Origin: Mitosporidium daphniae
Taxonomy: Eukaryota
DNA: 64,000 nucleotides
Assembly (NCBI RefSeq): GCF_000760515.2
Contig: NW_013546622.1
Location: 1 to 64,000 of the forward strand
Reading direction: 5' to 3'
Position 1 is the stretch's first letter. Each line of letters opens with the position of its first letter. Positions 50,339 through 64,000 of the stretch are shown one piece after another. The notes beneath the pieces were generated by a model. It ran no database searches, was not told where the DNA came from, and was given only the letters and a program-made list of their open reading frames with translations. The position numbers were made by a program, and so were the translations under genes.

Positions 50339-52861
50339 TTATTTGTGGCACAAGATATGGTGTAAGCATATGCGCTTTGCTGCCTGTTGCGCTGCAGGAT
50401 AAATAACACGTTCACACAAGAATTTTCCCGAAACTCCAGTGGCGAGCGAGGAATGTATGGGCAGGGCCGTGGGCGAAGATTTGCAAAAATCGTACCCCTG
50501 CACGGCCGCCAAAAATGTACACCAATTGGTCCACCACTCAAAATGTTGGTTGTTTTTGGACGAGGTAGAAGCCAGAAACCTGCCTGTCTGCATGACCCTT
50601 GGAATGGAGGCACTGCTGTGGATGCAATCAGATGCTACCCACAGGGATTCGAAAAGCGAGGTTCCGCATTCAACAATGGCTCGCGTGATCCGCTTTGAAA
50701 ATAGAAGGACGAGAGGATGCTGCTTATTGAGGCTGCTGAGGATTCCAAACTCGGCATCTTCCATTTGAAGGGCTTCTCTCCAAATCCGTTCCATCGGAAA
50801 ATAGTTCGCGGTGCTTTTGAAACTCTCGATATTTTCTATGATACCGGGGAACGAGGTTACTAGCAAATCTTGCCCTACAGTTCCAAGCGACTCTTTGAGA
50901 AGCAGAAAAGAAGACATCACATAAGACCACAGTGTGATTGACCGCGAAAGGTCCTGTATCCACAAGAAATCGAACCACAGCACAGTGGGCAATTCGGTTT
51001 CCAGTTGGAGATCCTCCATGGCAAGAGCTTTGTGCAGAAGACTGCCAATAGCAAGGGTGTCCGCAAAAGCCCCCTCTTCCTGGGAAAAATTATCTGAATT
51101 TGAGGACAAGTTGGCGACATGCAAGCAGCATGGGCAATGATCGGGATTTGACCGATTTTCGACATTTTTCGGGCGGGAATTAGCACCGCTGGTCGCCAAT
51201 TTTTTATCGACAGCAAGTTCGACGCTTGAAGAAAAATTGTTCCCCAAACACTGCTCGTCCTCGGTGCTGGTAAAGGTAGAAATTGCAGATGCAAAAGCAC
51301 TCGTGAAATAGTCCTGTAAATGAGATTTTTCTGAAATAAAAGGAAGAATCAGGGAAGAAACCGCGTGCTCCAAGGCCAGAAAATGGGTGCGATGGAAAAT
51401 GCCCTCCAAAGACTTGTAGAATGCAATCAGGAAGGCCTTACGCTCTGCAATCATCGCTTCATCTGGGTTAGGCGTACTTTGGCGGGCATAAAAGGCATCC
51501 ATCGAGGATGAAAGGAGTCGAATTTCCTCGCCGAGTATCAGAGAAGAGGTGGTGGATGTTTTCTTGGCCGTCACCATTGAGAGGTCTTTCTTGGAGGCCG
51601 AAACGAGGGTCGAGAGCCAAAAGAGTGTTCGTCGCAGGGTGTGGATTAGATCTTTCAATGAAATGCTGCCTCCCGCACAGACGGACAAAAAATCCTTTTC
51701 AATAACGCCAGCTAAGCTTTCTCCATCATCTTTTGCCTCTAGAAATTCAATGGAGCCTTTACTTGTCCTTTCCCTGAGACGCATACACTTGAACGAAGCC
51801 TCGCCAATGGTGACAATTTCAATCAGTGCCCGCTTAATTCTTTTTACGACGCTAGCATGGAAAGAGCGAAAATGAATAAGCTGCTCCGAATTTTCACCTC
51901 CGGGGCTAAAAATAGACGGTGCTTTGCGGCTAATGTCTTCTCTGCATGCAATAAACTGTTGCGGACCTTGAACAATGATTTCGTACAAAACAGATGCTCT
52001 CGCCAAAACGGGATTGCTTTTGAGCTGAATAGAGATGGACAAATCCTTTCCCGTCATGATGGGCTCGAATTTTTTGGCAGCAGGAACATCAGCGCGATCG
52101 GAATACAAGGAGAGTTTGTTCGTTGCACACTCAAGAATGGAAGAATACGATTGCAGTGGACCCTGCCATTCAGGGCCCAAGTTTTCAGATTGGCCCAGTT
52201 TTTCAACAGAAGTGATTTCCTCTGAGATCGAGTATTGCAGGGCGTGCAGATCCGAAGCCTTCCACTTATCAAAGAGCAGAAGATACGCATCTATTTCCAG
52301 CCTCAGACTTTCCAATAGTGTGGCATTGATTTTTACGCTGTGAAGCGGGATAAGGGTTTCAGATTCTGGAATTTCGGGCTCATTTGTTTGAGGACTTTTG
52401 TGAATGTGGGTATCCTTGCGGCCGTATGTATCCTGCTTACTATCCCGTTGCAAGATTGTTGTTGTGGCAACAGAGCTGACAGAATTCAATGCCAACTCGA
52501 GCAGGCTCCAAAGTCGTCGAGAAATGGTTTTCAATTGCGCAAGCAGAATTTCATGATTTGAGGATGGACTCTCTGGGGGCTGCTCGTAAAACAGGAGAAG
52601 GATTATGCTGGCAAGGAGCTTCCTCGAAATCAGGGAGCTAGATTCCGCCTCATGATATCCCAATTGCATCAGCAAAAGAGAGAGCGGTTTTCGATACTCG
52701 CCAGAGGATATTAATTTGGAAACCTGCAGGAACGATTCCCTCGACGAGTCATGCTCCTCTATCTTAAGAAGCTTGGAGACGGACCTCCAAAGGGTAGACT
52801 TTTCAAAAATATCGAGCGCAATTATGACGTTCTCATTGTATCTCATTAGGGAAACATACAA
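50339..52861 (-). CDS. Tcp11/Sok1-family-like protein (840 aa)
   Basis: SRKLLASIIL, YLLLFDKWKASDL, LPTVLWFD...IQDL and HPLVLLFSKRI resemble T-complex 11 family motifs. Divergent. Confidence 0.5.
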   Translation of the reverse strand: MYVSLMRYNENVIIALDIFEKSTLWRSVSKLLKIEEHDSSRESFLQVSKLISSGEYRKPLSLLLMQLGYHEAESSSLISRKLLASIILLLFYEQPPESPSSNHEILLAQLKTISRRLWSLLELALNSVSSVATTTILQRDSKQDTYGRKDTHIHKSPQTNEPEIPESETLIPLHSVKINATLLESLRLEIDAYLLLFDKWKASDLHALQYSISEEITSVEKLGQSENLGPEWQGPLQSYSSILECATNKLSLYSDRADVPAAKKFEPIMTGKDLSISIQLKSNPVLARASVLYEIIVQGPQQFIACREDISRKAPSIFSPGGENSEQLIHFRSFHASVVKRIKRALIEIVTIGEASFKCMRLRERTSKGSIEFLEAKDDGESLAGVIEKDFLSVCAGGSISLKDLIHTLRRTLFWLSTLVSASKKDLSMVTAKKTSTTSSLILGEEIRLLSSSMDAFYARQSTPNPDEAMIAERKAFLIAFYKSLEGIFHRTHFLALEHAVSSLILPFISEKSHLQDYFTSAFASAISTFTSTEDEQCLGNNFSSSVELAVDKKLATSGANSRPKNVENRSNPDHCPCCLHVANLSSNSDNFSQEEGAFADTLAIGSLLHKALAMEDLQLETELPTVLWFDFLWIQDLSRSITLWSYVMSSFLLLKESLGTVGQDLLVTSFPGIIENIESFKSTANYFPMERIWREALQMEDAEFGILSSLNKQHPLVLLFSKRITRAIVECGTSLFESLWVASDCIHSSASIPRVMQTGRFLASTSSKNNQHFEWWTNWCTFLAAVQGYDFCKSSPTALPIHSSLATGVSGKFLCERVIYPAAQQAAKRICLHHILCHK

Positions 52862-53917
52862 AAGACCTTAATTATATGGTGAGGGAACGGCTCCCCCTTC
52901 GTACCATTTGATTGAAGCGAAATTTGGGCCAATAAATCCCCAAACTCTAATTTGCAATCGATTGCAATTAAAGCAAATTTAACCCTGCTTTAAGGGATTC
53001 CCATCTATATGCCACTGGTAACCGGTGCACTTGGAAACCGTTTTCGCCTTTGGCTACACGTGCATATGTGTGTAAACGAGCGGATGTACACAGGGTACAT
53101 CGCGATGGCTTCTGCTGTTTCCATTTGGCTTAGGCAACAGTAAAAACGATACATGCAAGCAAAGCACAATATCCAACATTGAGAGGCGAAATATGTCTTC
53201 AGACTTGGGGCCGATGTAACTTTGAATGGCGGCAAAGAAACAATTTAAGCTGCAATTTAGAAAAGATTCGATGCAAAACTTAAACCAGAACTTGTGTTTA
53301 CGTGCTGTTTCTGGAGGATTTCTGCATGCAAAATGTTCGTCCAAAGGAAAATTCAACAAACACGCTGGCTTCCAAAATTTGCTGCAATCGTTTCAGATCG
53401 TTAAATAGACCGCTAAAAAACAAAAGTTGAGCCACACCGCAAATAAATCGCTAATTTCAACGACATATTTCATGCCCAAGTTAAGAAGCTAGCAACGATG
53501 AAGTTTGAAATGGTTCTCAAACCAATTACATCTGGTAGGCATCAGAAATATACCGAACAGCGTTTGTAACCTTTGCCGATTCATCGAGTTGAGTAGGGTA
53601 TTGGGCTCGTGTTTTTAAGCCTTGGTTTGGGGTTGCATGTGCACTTGGATTTAAACAAATAAGTACATTGATTGGCTCCCCAATTAGGCATCGACTTAAT
53701 TGGGCAGTGCTATTTTGAGCGAAAAAGGCGAAAATGATGCATGGGTTCGGCTGGCCATCGTTGTACAGACAACCAAATCGATATCGTGTATGTCCTAACC
53801 CTTTTTATAATGGAAAAGAGGCCCAATATGATGGGCAAGGTAGTGGCAAACATGTACCGCTGCCATAAGACCAGTGTCGTGATAAACTTTTAAATTTTAA
53901 CTTTACGGAATTTTCTC

Positions 53918-55323
53918 ATGACAGAGCAACGGACACAAGTAGAATCGCTTTGTATGAAGTGCGGCGAAAATGTACTTTGATGGCCGTGGTAATTCTTTCC
54001 TGTAGGGCCTCACCCAGCTTCTTCCCTGCAATATTCCGCATTTTAAGCAGGTGATAATCGCCTCATTTGAGTGCACGCATTGCGGAGAAACAAACAATGA
54101 AATCCTATCAGCACGTGCCATTGGTGATTACGGAATCGAGTGGACCCTAAAGGTATCCACAACCAAGGTAGCTGCTTTCCATAATATTAGGATCTTTCAA
54201 GGCAAGTCGTTCGAACCGAGTATGCATCCATCTCGATTCCAGAGCTGGAACTTGAGGTCCCATCTTCGGCCTTTTCAAATGCAAAGGGATTGCTTACAAC
54301 CGTTGAGGGCCTTTTGGGTCGATTCATTGATGATCTTTCTTTGAATCAAGAGGAGAGGAAGGTGTGAATGTGCCCTTTTACCTGTAGAATGGGTCCGATC
54401 CAGAAGCCGCCATTGCCATAGAAAATATCATCGCCGAATTAGAGAAAATGAAGTGTGGAGAGCGCTGCTTTTCTCTGGTGTTGGATGATCCTGCTGGGAA
54501 TTCCTATATCGAATTTCTTTCCGCATCGACCATTTTTGACGATGGTGCCTTTACCCTGGACACTCCAGAAGCATTGGATCCATCTCTATTGATACGAAGA
54601 TATGTCAGAAGTTCTGAGCAGAATGTTTTTCTTGGATTCAATCCTGAGCCTTCACTTGCCGATGAATCTACGACAAATTCACACGAAAGCGCGGAAAATG
54701 ACGATCCGCCCTCAGAAATAGATTCTGTCTTTGAATTCATGGGAACATGTCCCTCTTGCCTGGCGTATTGTCCGACACGCATGCACCCAATTGATATCCC
54801 CTACTTTAAGGAGGTCATAATTATGGCCACAACATGTCCCGTTTGCAACTTCAAATCTTCAGAAATAAAGACCGGAGGTGCCATCTCCCCGCTTGGCCGT
54901 CGTATCACCTTTAGCCTGCAATGTCCAGAAGACCTTTCCAGGGATATTCTTAAATCGGAGACATGTTCTATATTTATTCCAGAGATAGATTTAGAGCTTG
55001 CACCGGGCACGCTGGGAGGAAGGTTCACCACCATTGAAGGTCTTCTCGTGCAAATCAAAGAGGAGATGGAGGAGCGAATCCCATTTGCCTTGGGCGACTC
55101 TGCCACTCCCAAGCAGACCGTTCGATTTCAATCTCTTGTACAGGCACTCTCTGCCGTCCTCAATGAAACCAAGCCAGTAACAATTGTCATTGACGATCCA
55201 CTTGCAAACTCGTATCTTCAAAGCTTTTTTGCGCCAGATCCAGACCCGCAGATCCAGGTGGAGGATTACGAGCGGACAGAGGAGCAGCAGGACTCCCTGG
55301 GACTGACCCACCTTTCGGTCTAA
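53918..55323 (+). CDS. ZPR1: Zinc finger protein Zpr1 (3 short introns)
   Basis: VESLCMKC..IPHFKQVII.SF.C.HC..NNEI; second finger CPSC..IPYFKEVIIMATTCPVC; EDLSRDILKSET, GTLGGRFTTIEGLL, DDPLANSYLQ. Confidence 0.95.
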
Positions 55324-55490
55324 TTGAGACCCCTATTTATGGCGGCGCCACTCGATTAAATTGCGCAAATTAATTGTGTGAACTTGAAATTACAACTCGA
55401 TTAAGTCAATTACAACAACTTGTTGGGTTTTGAAAGCTTCAAGATCAAAGACGACGGCCAAGTTCCGTCAAGGATTTGCCCCCTTCAGTG

Positions 55491-57900
55491 CTATTCGGTG
55501 GCCATTTCTCCGATTTCTCCAAGGATTTCCATGCCGTGCGAAAGCGTCTCGAGCATTTGCGATATTCGACGTCTTTCCTTGACGATGGCCGGATCTTCCT
55601 GAAGAAGCTCGTCAAAGATTTTTTCCGAATCCGACCGATAAAGCTCAGTAACCAGACGGTTGTGCAGGTTTTCTTTAACGGCATTCACCAAAAAGTGCAT
55701 GGTTGCCTTGGGGACCAGGTCGACGATGTTTTTGCGCACGACATTGAAATAGGACCTAATTAGCGTCATAATGAGATGTGTTTCCATTTCCTCTTTCTCG
55801 GTAAATCCCTTTGACTCCAAAGAGAATAGCTTTGGTCGGTGAGGTGCGGTGGTGGTGCTGGGCTCCGGGGCCATTGCCCTCAATGCTGGCGGCAGCGAGG
55901 CTGGGCTCATCGAGGGCGATAGGGTTGAGGGAAGAGCAAATGCCATCCCCCCTCGAATGGGCGTCTCCATGGGCGAGGATGTGCCCAAGGATTGGCTTTG
56001 GCTATTAATAGGCAAAGAGGCTGTTCGAAAGAAAAAGTTTAAAATGCCGCTATTTGATGGGGTGAGGGCTGTTTGCGACGAAGAGGTCAGCGAGCCCCCA
56101 GTTTGCGATGTGCATATGTCTTCCATTTGTGCAGGCTCGCTTACAGAAATCGGCTTTCTGATCTCGTTAGCTTGCTCCATCGCGGCCAGGGCTGCCCCGG
56201 CCCTGCAGAAATCCGGATGGTTAGTATTGATGTAGGCAAGCTCGATTGCTATCAAAGACTGGACCATGGCTCGCGTGGGCTCCATTCGCTCCTTGATGAG
56301 CGTGCTCGCCACGTCGATGACTTTTTTCTGCAGATTTGGATACCTTGCAAGCTCCTAATGGAAAAGATGGCAAATCCCTACGGCAGATGCGCAAGAAGTG
56401 ATGAGCTTGAGCAACTCTTCATACACCATGCTGACACAAAAGAGCGATGGAGGCTCCAAATTCGCTATTTGTTGCTTTGCAAGCAGCTCAAAAGACATTT
56501 CTGGCACGAAAAGCGACGGTTTCGCGCCCTACGGATCAATGATGAAAGCTCACGTTGGCGTTTCTTATTGCCGTTCTTATGTCTGAAAGCGAGAGGCTAC
56601 CTGTTGGATCGTACGAAGAAATGGCAGAGGCAAACGAGTCATGGAAGATCATCTGAAGACGCGCCCCGCCAACCCTAACATAATTGGAGAAAACCGCCTA
56701 CAATTCACACGTGGATATGTGGCGCGAAGAGCCCTGAATAGAATCTTCAAAATCGGAGGAGAATTTTGTTAGCAGCTTGAGAACAAGACATCCTTTTCCG
56801 GTCAGGGATGACGAGAGATCATGGGAAGACCCATGCAAGAGCGACAAGCTTTCAATGCCCTTCAACTCGTTCTGTGTGTTCAATAGTAGGGCCATAATTT
56901 GCGACTTCAGTGTCGGAATGCTGGCCCGAATATGCCGCAGCAATATGCTTGAAAGCACATGTGAGATTGACTCTGTGCCGCATCTGATGTTGGGGCTGGA
57001 TCTGCAAATAAAATAAACGATACGCACAAGCATACTTGTAAATGGGATGGGAAGAAAAAAATTTCTCCTCATTTTCCAAAGATTGCTGGATAGAAGTCCC
57101 TTCATTGATGGCCTTTTGCGAGCGACACACCACCCCGACAAATCCAAGTGCAAGGCGCACAGGACCGCGGTTCAACAAAATATCGAGGGCATTTGTGCCC
57201 TGATCCATGAGATCGATTTTCGACAGCACGCCCAGTGTCCTTTGGCCTGCTGGGTCTATCTCAGACACAAATTTGAGCGCTTCCGAGTTGACAATGTCAA
57301 TGTTGGCCGGAATGATTGCCAACAGAAGCGAAGATGGCTTCCTTGCATATGACAAAATAATTTCGCGAATCATATTCTCAATATCTCTGGGCTGGCTGCC
57401 CACGGGAATCTAACAAATCATGCCCCGAGCGTCGCTATTACCTTTGTAATGCCGGGCAAATCCACTAGAGACAAATTTGGGACGCTACTGGAACATATTT
57501 TCAAAAAAATTGGACTCTACAATGTGATGAGAAAGCAACGCAGCCATCCTACCCTAGAGATGCCTTTGTTCTCGCCGGCAAGCACTTTTGTACGTGAAAT
57601 GATTTCGCTCTTAATGGCGGAAAAGTTTTCAAAGCGACGGTTGGGAAGATGAGAAAATTCGCCAAATGTGACCGCATCGTCGACGTTGTGTAGTTGGAGA
57701 ACAATTGGGCACCTTGTAACGACGTCAGTCCCACGAGGGAGAAATTCAAACCCAACAATGTTTTCAAGAATCGAGCTCTTCCCAGAGCTTTGGGAGCCAA
57801 TCGCTATAATTTGCGGTATTTCAAGGTCACTTCCAAACGTCGGTGTGGACGCAAAAACCGCGTGCAGGCGGTTGATCACCTCAATCAGCTGGTGGCGCAT
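55491..57900 (-). CDS. DNM1: Dynamin-related GTPase, Dnm1/Drp1-like (multiple tiny introns)
   Basis: PQIIAIGSQSSGKSS.LENIVG.EFLPRGT.VVTRCP, DLPGITK, KIDLMDQGT; GED SYFNVVRKNIVDLVPKATMHFLVN..NRLVTELY. Vps1 is not fully excluded. Confidence 0.8.
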
Positions 57901-58160
57901 GATACCCGTGGCGATAGTAAAAATCTCCGGATCGGCCGGAATTTAATTTAAAGCCACTTTGGCACATTTGCTTTGTCCGATCCACTATGCCGTCCGCTCT
58001 GTCCGTTTGAAATCGGCTCGTTTGCTTGTTTGTCGCACTTTGATGGCCAATTCTGCCTTTGCCAATGGCATGCTTTGAAGCGGTGACACCGTTCCAGCCA
58101 TGAATGGTGGCCCTAACCCTAACATTGATGATGGTTTTATTTTAAAAACGGCCTTCTGTC

Positions 58161-60224
<2,064 letters not shown>

Positions 60225-60259
60225 TTAATTAAAATTTAAAAAGTTGGAAGCATTTTATT

Positions 60260-60700
60260 ATGCCGGAGCCTCCCCCGCAAAACCTCGATGGGCTCCCCGC
60301 TGGGATGGATATGAACACATACTCGCATTACTACTATTCCACGTACTACCCAGAATATTATGCCAAACTGAAGGCTTCGGCCTCCGAACAATCACACAGC
60401 CTGAGCTCCTTGGTTTCGGCCTCCAATTTGCAGACATCGCCGGCCATGGGCCCGGCTCCGTCTGCAGCGGCCGGCCCACTGATTGGCCCGGCATTGGGGT
60501 CCAGGGTTGCAGGGGAAAAGGCATTCCGGCAAATGTCGCATTACTTTAATTACGAGGCCTACAATGATGCCATAAACCAAGATATGAAGGACGGAAAAAG
60601 GACGCCCCTAAAGCTCACCCGTAAAGAGGTCAATGTCCTCAAACAGCGCAAAATGGAGAGAAAGAAAAAACGGATGCTCGATTGGCTGTACAATGATTGA
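60260..60700 (+). CDS. Conserved hypothetical protein (Tyr-rich N-terminus, basic C-terminus)
   Basis: RQMSHYFNY...KLTRKEV..LKQRK.ERKKKR..WL resembles the C-terminus of a conserved fungal uncharacterised family that usually carries a WW domain. Confidence 0.6.
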   Translation: MPEPPPQNLDGLPAGMDMNTYSHYYYSTYYPEYYAKLKASASEQSHSLSSLVSASNLQTSPAMGPAPSAAAGPLIGPALGSRVAGEKAFRQMSHYFNYEAYNDAINQDMKDGKRTPLKLTRKEVNVLKQRKMERKKKRMLDWLYND

Positions 60701-60820
60701 GTGCAGCGGCTAGAAATAAATGTTTGTGTTATAAAATTTTCATGGTGCATTTGTTGTATTTGCATAGGTGCATTTTCCAGCAATTTGTGGCCAAAAATTT
60801 TATCCAATTCAGCCCGGCCG

Positions 60821-61947
60821 ATGAATCAAAATCAAAATCAAGATCAAGACGAATTAACGTATCAAAATAGCGATTTGGAACGATCCCCGGACTCGTTCGT
60901 GTCGACTTCGTCGTCGTCGTACTCGGAAAGCGAGGAGCTGGATTTGCTCCTCAGGGTGGAGGCGCCCCTCCGCTCCCCCTTGCTTAATGAGTCGAAATCG
61001 GCATCGTCGATTTCAGATCTGGTCACCGATTGCATTCCGGAAAAGCTTCTTCGCGCCACCAAGGAGGCCAACAAAACGATAATGAGATATTTCCACTTCC
61101 ACGAGGTGCCTTCCCATTTGCAAGACAACCTGTACATTCTTTCCGGATATCGGGCCCACTATAACTTTTCCCAATGCTTCAAATCGATTTTTGCAATTCA
61201 TAATGAAACAGGAAATATTTGGACCCATTTGATTGGCGCTCTGGTTTTCCTTGTTTTTTTGATCGTCGGATACCAAAATTTGCCGCAGCACGCGACCAGC
61301 TTGGATTATGCGATGGTCACGATTTTCCTGGTGTCCGCCATAAAATGCTTGCTTTGCTCCACAATTTTCCACACTTTTTCGTGCCACTCGCATTCTTCGG
61401 TTTACGATATCGTGGCCATTCTCGATTACTCCGGCATCTCCTTGCTGATCTTGGGCTCTTTTGTGATTTATTTGAATTACGCCCTGTATTGCCACAACAC
61501 GCTACGGTGGGTCTACATCGCGCTGGTTACGGTTCTCTGCCTTTCCGGCGTCGTATTGCCTTGGTTTCCATTTTTTAGAACGAACGAATTTCGAGTGTGG
61601 AGGACGCTGTTTTTTGTCGGTTCGTTCTTTTGTTTAATGTCATAGGCATGGGCATTGCAGCTGGGCTCATCTCGGCACACTCCATTTTCTTAAATGGCTG
61701 GACACAATGGAGTGACCTGGTGCCAGCAGAATATTTGCTGATAGAAATCGTGCTGTATTTAGCCGGTGCATATGTGTATGTTGTGCGAATTCCCGAAGCT
61801 TGGTTTCCTGGAAAGCTAGACCATTTTTTCCATTCGCATCAAGTCTGGCATGTGATGGTATTTCTTGCTGCATTTTTCCATTATATCGCCTCCATAAGAT
61901 TAATGGATTCCAGACTGGCGAACGATACATGTGCTCTCTACAATTGA
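60821..61947 (+). CDS. PAQR/haemolysin-III family receptor (ADIPOR/Izh-like; intron 61620-61645)
   Basis: P.HLQDN.YILSGYR, HNETGNIWTHLIG, STIFHTFSCHS, LDYSGI, RIPE.WFPGKLD.FFHSHQVWH. Confidence 0.93.
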
Positions 61948-62113
61948 CAAAAGCATCGGGAACAACGGCGTTCCATAGACTAGATGAGCAGGTGGGTCGA
62001 TGGTCGTTTGATCAACAATCCCATTTTACAATTAAACTTTAAATTTAAAATCTGCGCTCAGTTACAATGCATGCCATGCGCGTGCATGCCAAATTCAAGT
62101 TTTATTGTTCCAA

Positions 62114-63445
62114 ATGTCAACCCTTCCGGTCAAAATGGACTCTTCTGCTGCCGCCGCCCCCCCTAGGCCTGCCCCCAAGAAAAAGCCCTACAGGGGCAGC
62201 AATTTTGCCCATTTATATCAGGAGCTGCAAAAATTCCCTGCATTGCATATTAAGCAATTGGTTCACCAGCTTTCTTGCGCGCATGCGGGGCCAGCAACCT
62301 CGGATCTTAATGATCAAATCGCAAAGATCCTTTTGGAAAAAGAAATGGGGCCTTTTGCCCCCCTGGTGTCTCAGGACTCTGCATTTGTTTCCAAATTGGT
62401 CGCCCTTAACGCTGAAAAGCTGCTCGAATTTGATGCTCAAATATCAAAAGCCAATGAGGGGCTCAGCCAAAGCGATGTTGTCGAGCTAATGCTTTCAAAG
62501 GCCATTTACCTTTGCCAAATTGGGGATAAAGATGCCTCGATTCTTCTGCTCCGCCAATTGGAGGAAAAATGTCCAACCACTGGATCTAGACTTGACTTTG
62601 CTTTTGCTTCAATCCGTTTAGGCTTTCTTTGGGATGACATGGACATAGTGAAGCGCAATATCGCTAAAGCGGAAAGGTACTTTGCGTACCTTCTAATTGG
62701 ACTTTTAGCATTTTGGAGCTCGGGGGAGATTGGGATCGATGCAACCGCCTGCGGGTTTATAAGGCGCTTTTCCATATTTGCCAGCGAAAGTTTAGCGAGG
62801 CCGCCAGTCTTTTGGTGTCTTCCCTCTCTACCTTTAGCTATACAGAGCTGATGGATTTCCAAACCTTTGTGTCATATACAGTTATAACGGGTCTTTTAAC
62901 GCTCCCTCGCGCCGAGATCAAGCAAAAGGTTTTTCCGCCCCTAAATTCTAGATCTGCTCATCCCCAGAGGTTCTTGAAGTCATTCAAACGATCCCTCAGT
63001 TCAGGGAGTATATTTCCTCCTTCTATGAGTGCCATTATAAAGAGTTTTTTGTGCTGTTGGCATCTTTCATCGAGGATTTCCTGAAAAGAGACTTTTTCCT
63101 TTCCGCACATTCGACCTTCATTGTGCGTGAGATGCGCATCCGAGCATATTCGCAAACTCTCCAATCCTACAAATGCGTCACCCTAGAGGCACTTGCGAAT
63201 GCCTTTGGCGTTTCTGTAGACTTTATCGATCGGTATGGTGTGTGCATGTGACTCGTGTATTTGGTAGGGAGCTATTTCATTGGATTTCTGCAGGCCGTCT
63301 CAATTGCACCATTGATAAGGTATCTGGAATTGTCGAGCACTCTGCAAAGGGGACCTCCAAAAATGATCAATATTTGAGTTTGGTCAAGGCTGGCGACTCG
63401 CTACTAAACAAAATCCAGCGCCTTTGTAGATTGGTGAACATTTAG
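62114..63445 (+). CDS. RPN7: 26S proteasome regulatory subunit Rpn7 (3 introns)
   Basis: QIGDKD, GSRLD..FASIRLG, GGDWDRCNRLRVY, LSTFS.TELM, VREMRIRAYSQ.LQSY, GRLNCTIDKVSGIVE, KN.QY...K.GD.LLNKIQ. Confidence 0.93.
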
Positions 63446-63534
63446 TTAATAATAAAAGCGCTACCGAAATGCCGTGGCCATTTAATCTACTAAGCTTAGT
63501 GGACGTTCACTTTTATTTGGTTTTCAAAATGGCA

Positions 63535-63975
63535 TTAAGAACGCTTTTGGAGACCATGGCGAAAATCGCGCGAGAACATAACCCCCTTAAATAGCTCGAT
63601 CATAATCCAAAAACCGGCAAAACCGTATTCGCTCAAAGCAAACCCAAAGCCTACAGTGAACAAAAGAACAAAAGACAAGTTAAAAGCATGGGTTGAATCA
63701 TCTGCATTTTGGAACGTGATAATTTTCCCGATTAAGCCCTCAAAAAGACTGGGAAAGCCAAGTACTATCGTAGAAACCGTCAAAAGAAACAATGGTGGCA
63801 ACAAAAAGTATCTTCTTGTGCAAACAGATTCGTATTGAGAAAGTTGTTCATTCTTACTGTTCATGTAAATGATAAACAATACGGTCAAAGGAACACACAC
63901 GAGAATGGAAGCAGAGATGACCATTGCTACTGCAATTGCAACACTGCCTGAAGAGTTGGCTTTTTCTCCAAACAT
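63535..63975 (-). CDS. Hypothetical membrane protein (may extend past the window end)
   Basis: 146-aa ORF with three hydrophobic segments. No family recognised. Confidence 0.4.
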   Translation of the reverse strand: MFGEKANSSGSVAIAVAMVISASILVCVPLTVLFIIYMNSKNEQLSQYESVCTRRYFLLPPLFLLTVSTIVLGFPSLFEGLIGKIITFQNADDSTHAFNLSFVLLFTVGFGFALSEYGFAGFWIMIELFKGVMFSRDFRHGLQKRS

Positions 63976-64000
63976 AAGCTTTGCTGGAGCCTTGATTAGC

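Noticed and set aside
58111..58123. CTAACCCTAAC as a telomerase RNA template
   Set aside because: It equals the vertebrate template word, but only about 40 nt remain before the convergent PRP43 CDS and I see no pseudoknot. A promoter telo-box is the simpler reading.

Overview
Gene-dense eukaryotic nuclear DNA with about 40 protein-coding genes in 64 kb, very short intergenic gaps (often 10-120 bp) and miniature spliceosomal introns (mostly 23-36 nt). The proteins are divergent but fungal/opisthokont in type. Mitochondrial translation and respiration genes are kept (PET117, mL54, uS11m, PUT2, DNM1). My inference is a compact parasite genome of the Rozellomycota / short-branch microsporidian grade (Mitosporidium- or Paramicrosporidium-like); this cannot be confirmed from the window alone. 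Housekeeping genes include POL1, CBF5, an RFX factor, NOG1, prefoldin 4, MCM3, MMS19, DIB1, ARL8, MED21, RanGAP, PIG-U, RPF2, PIMT, UPRT, STT3, SDE2, HOS2, SmD2, ZPR1, PRP43 and RPN7. The most notable observations are: (1) a homeobox gene with PBX-like residues and a possible PBC-B-like N-terminus but no TALE loop, in a gene-poor, repeat-bearing island; (2) adenylosuccinate synthetase and lyase side by side as a two-gene IMP-to-AMP cluster; (3) an intronless HNH protein resembling a plant-centred family; (4) a small basic YABBY/HMG-like gene behind an AACCCT-containing repeat array and an E2F-type site; (5) a bacterial-type UPRT carrying an intron; (6) divergent genes only 35-39 bp apart. No tRNA, rRNA, CRISPR array or intact transposon was recognised. 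Gene models were spliced by eye, and family calls come from motif recognition, not database searches.
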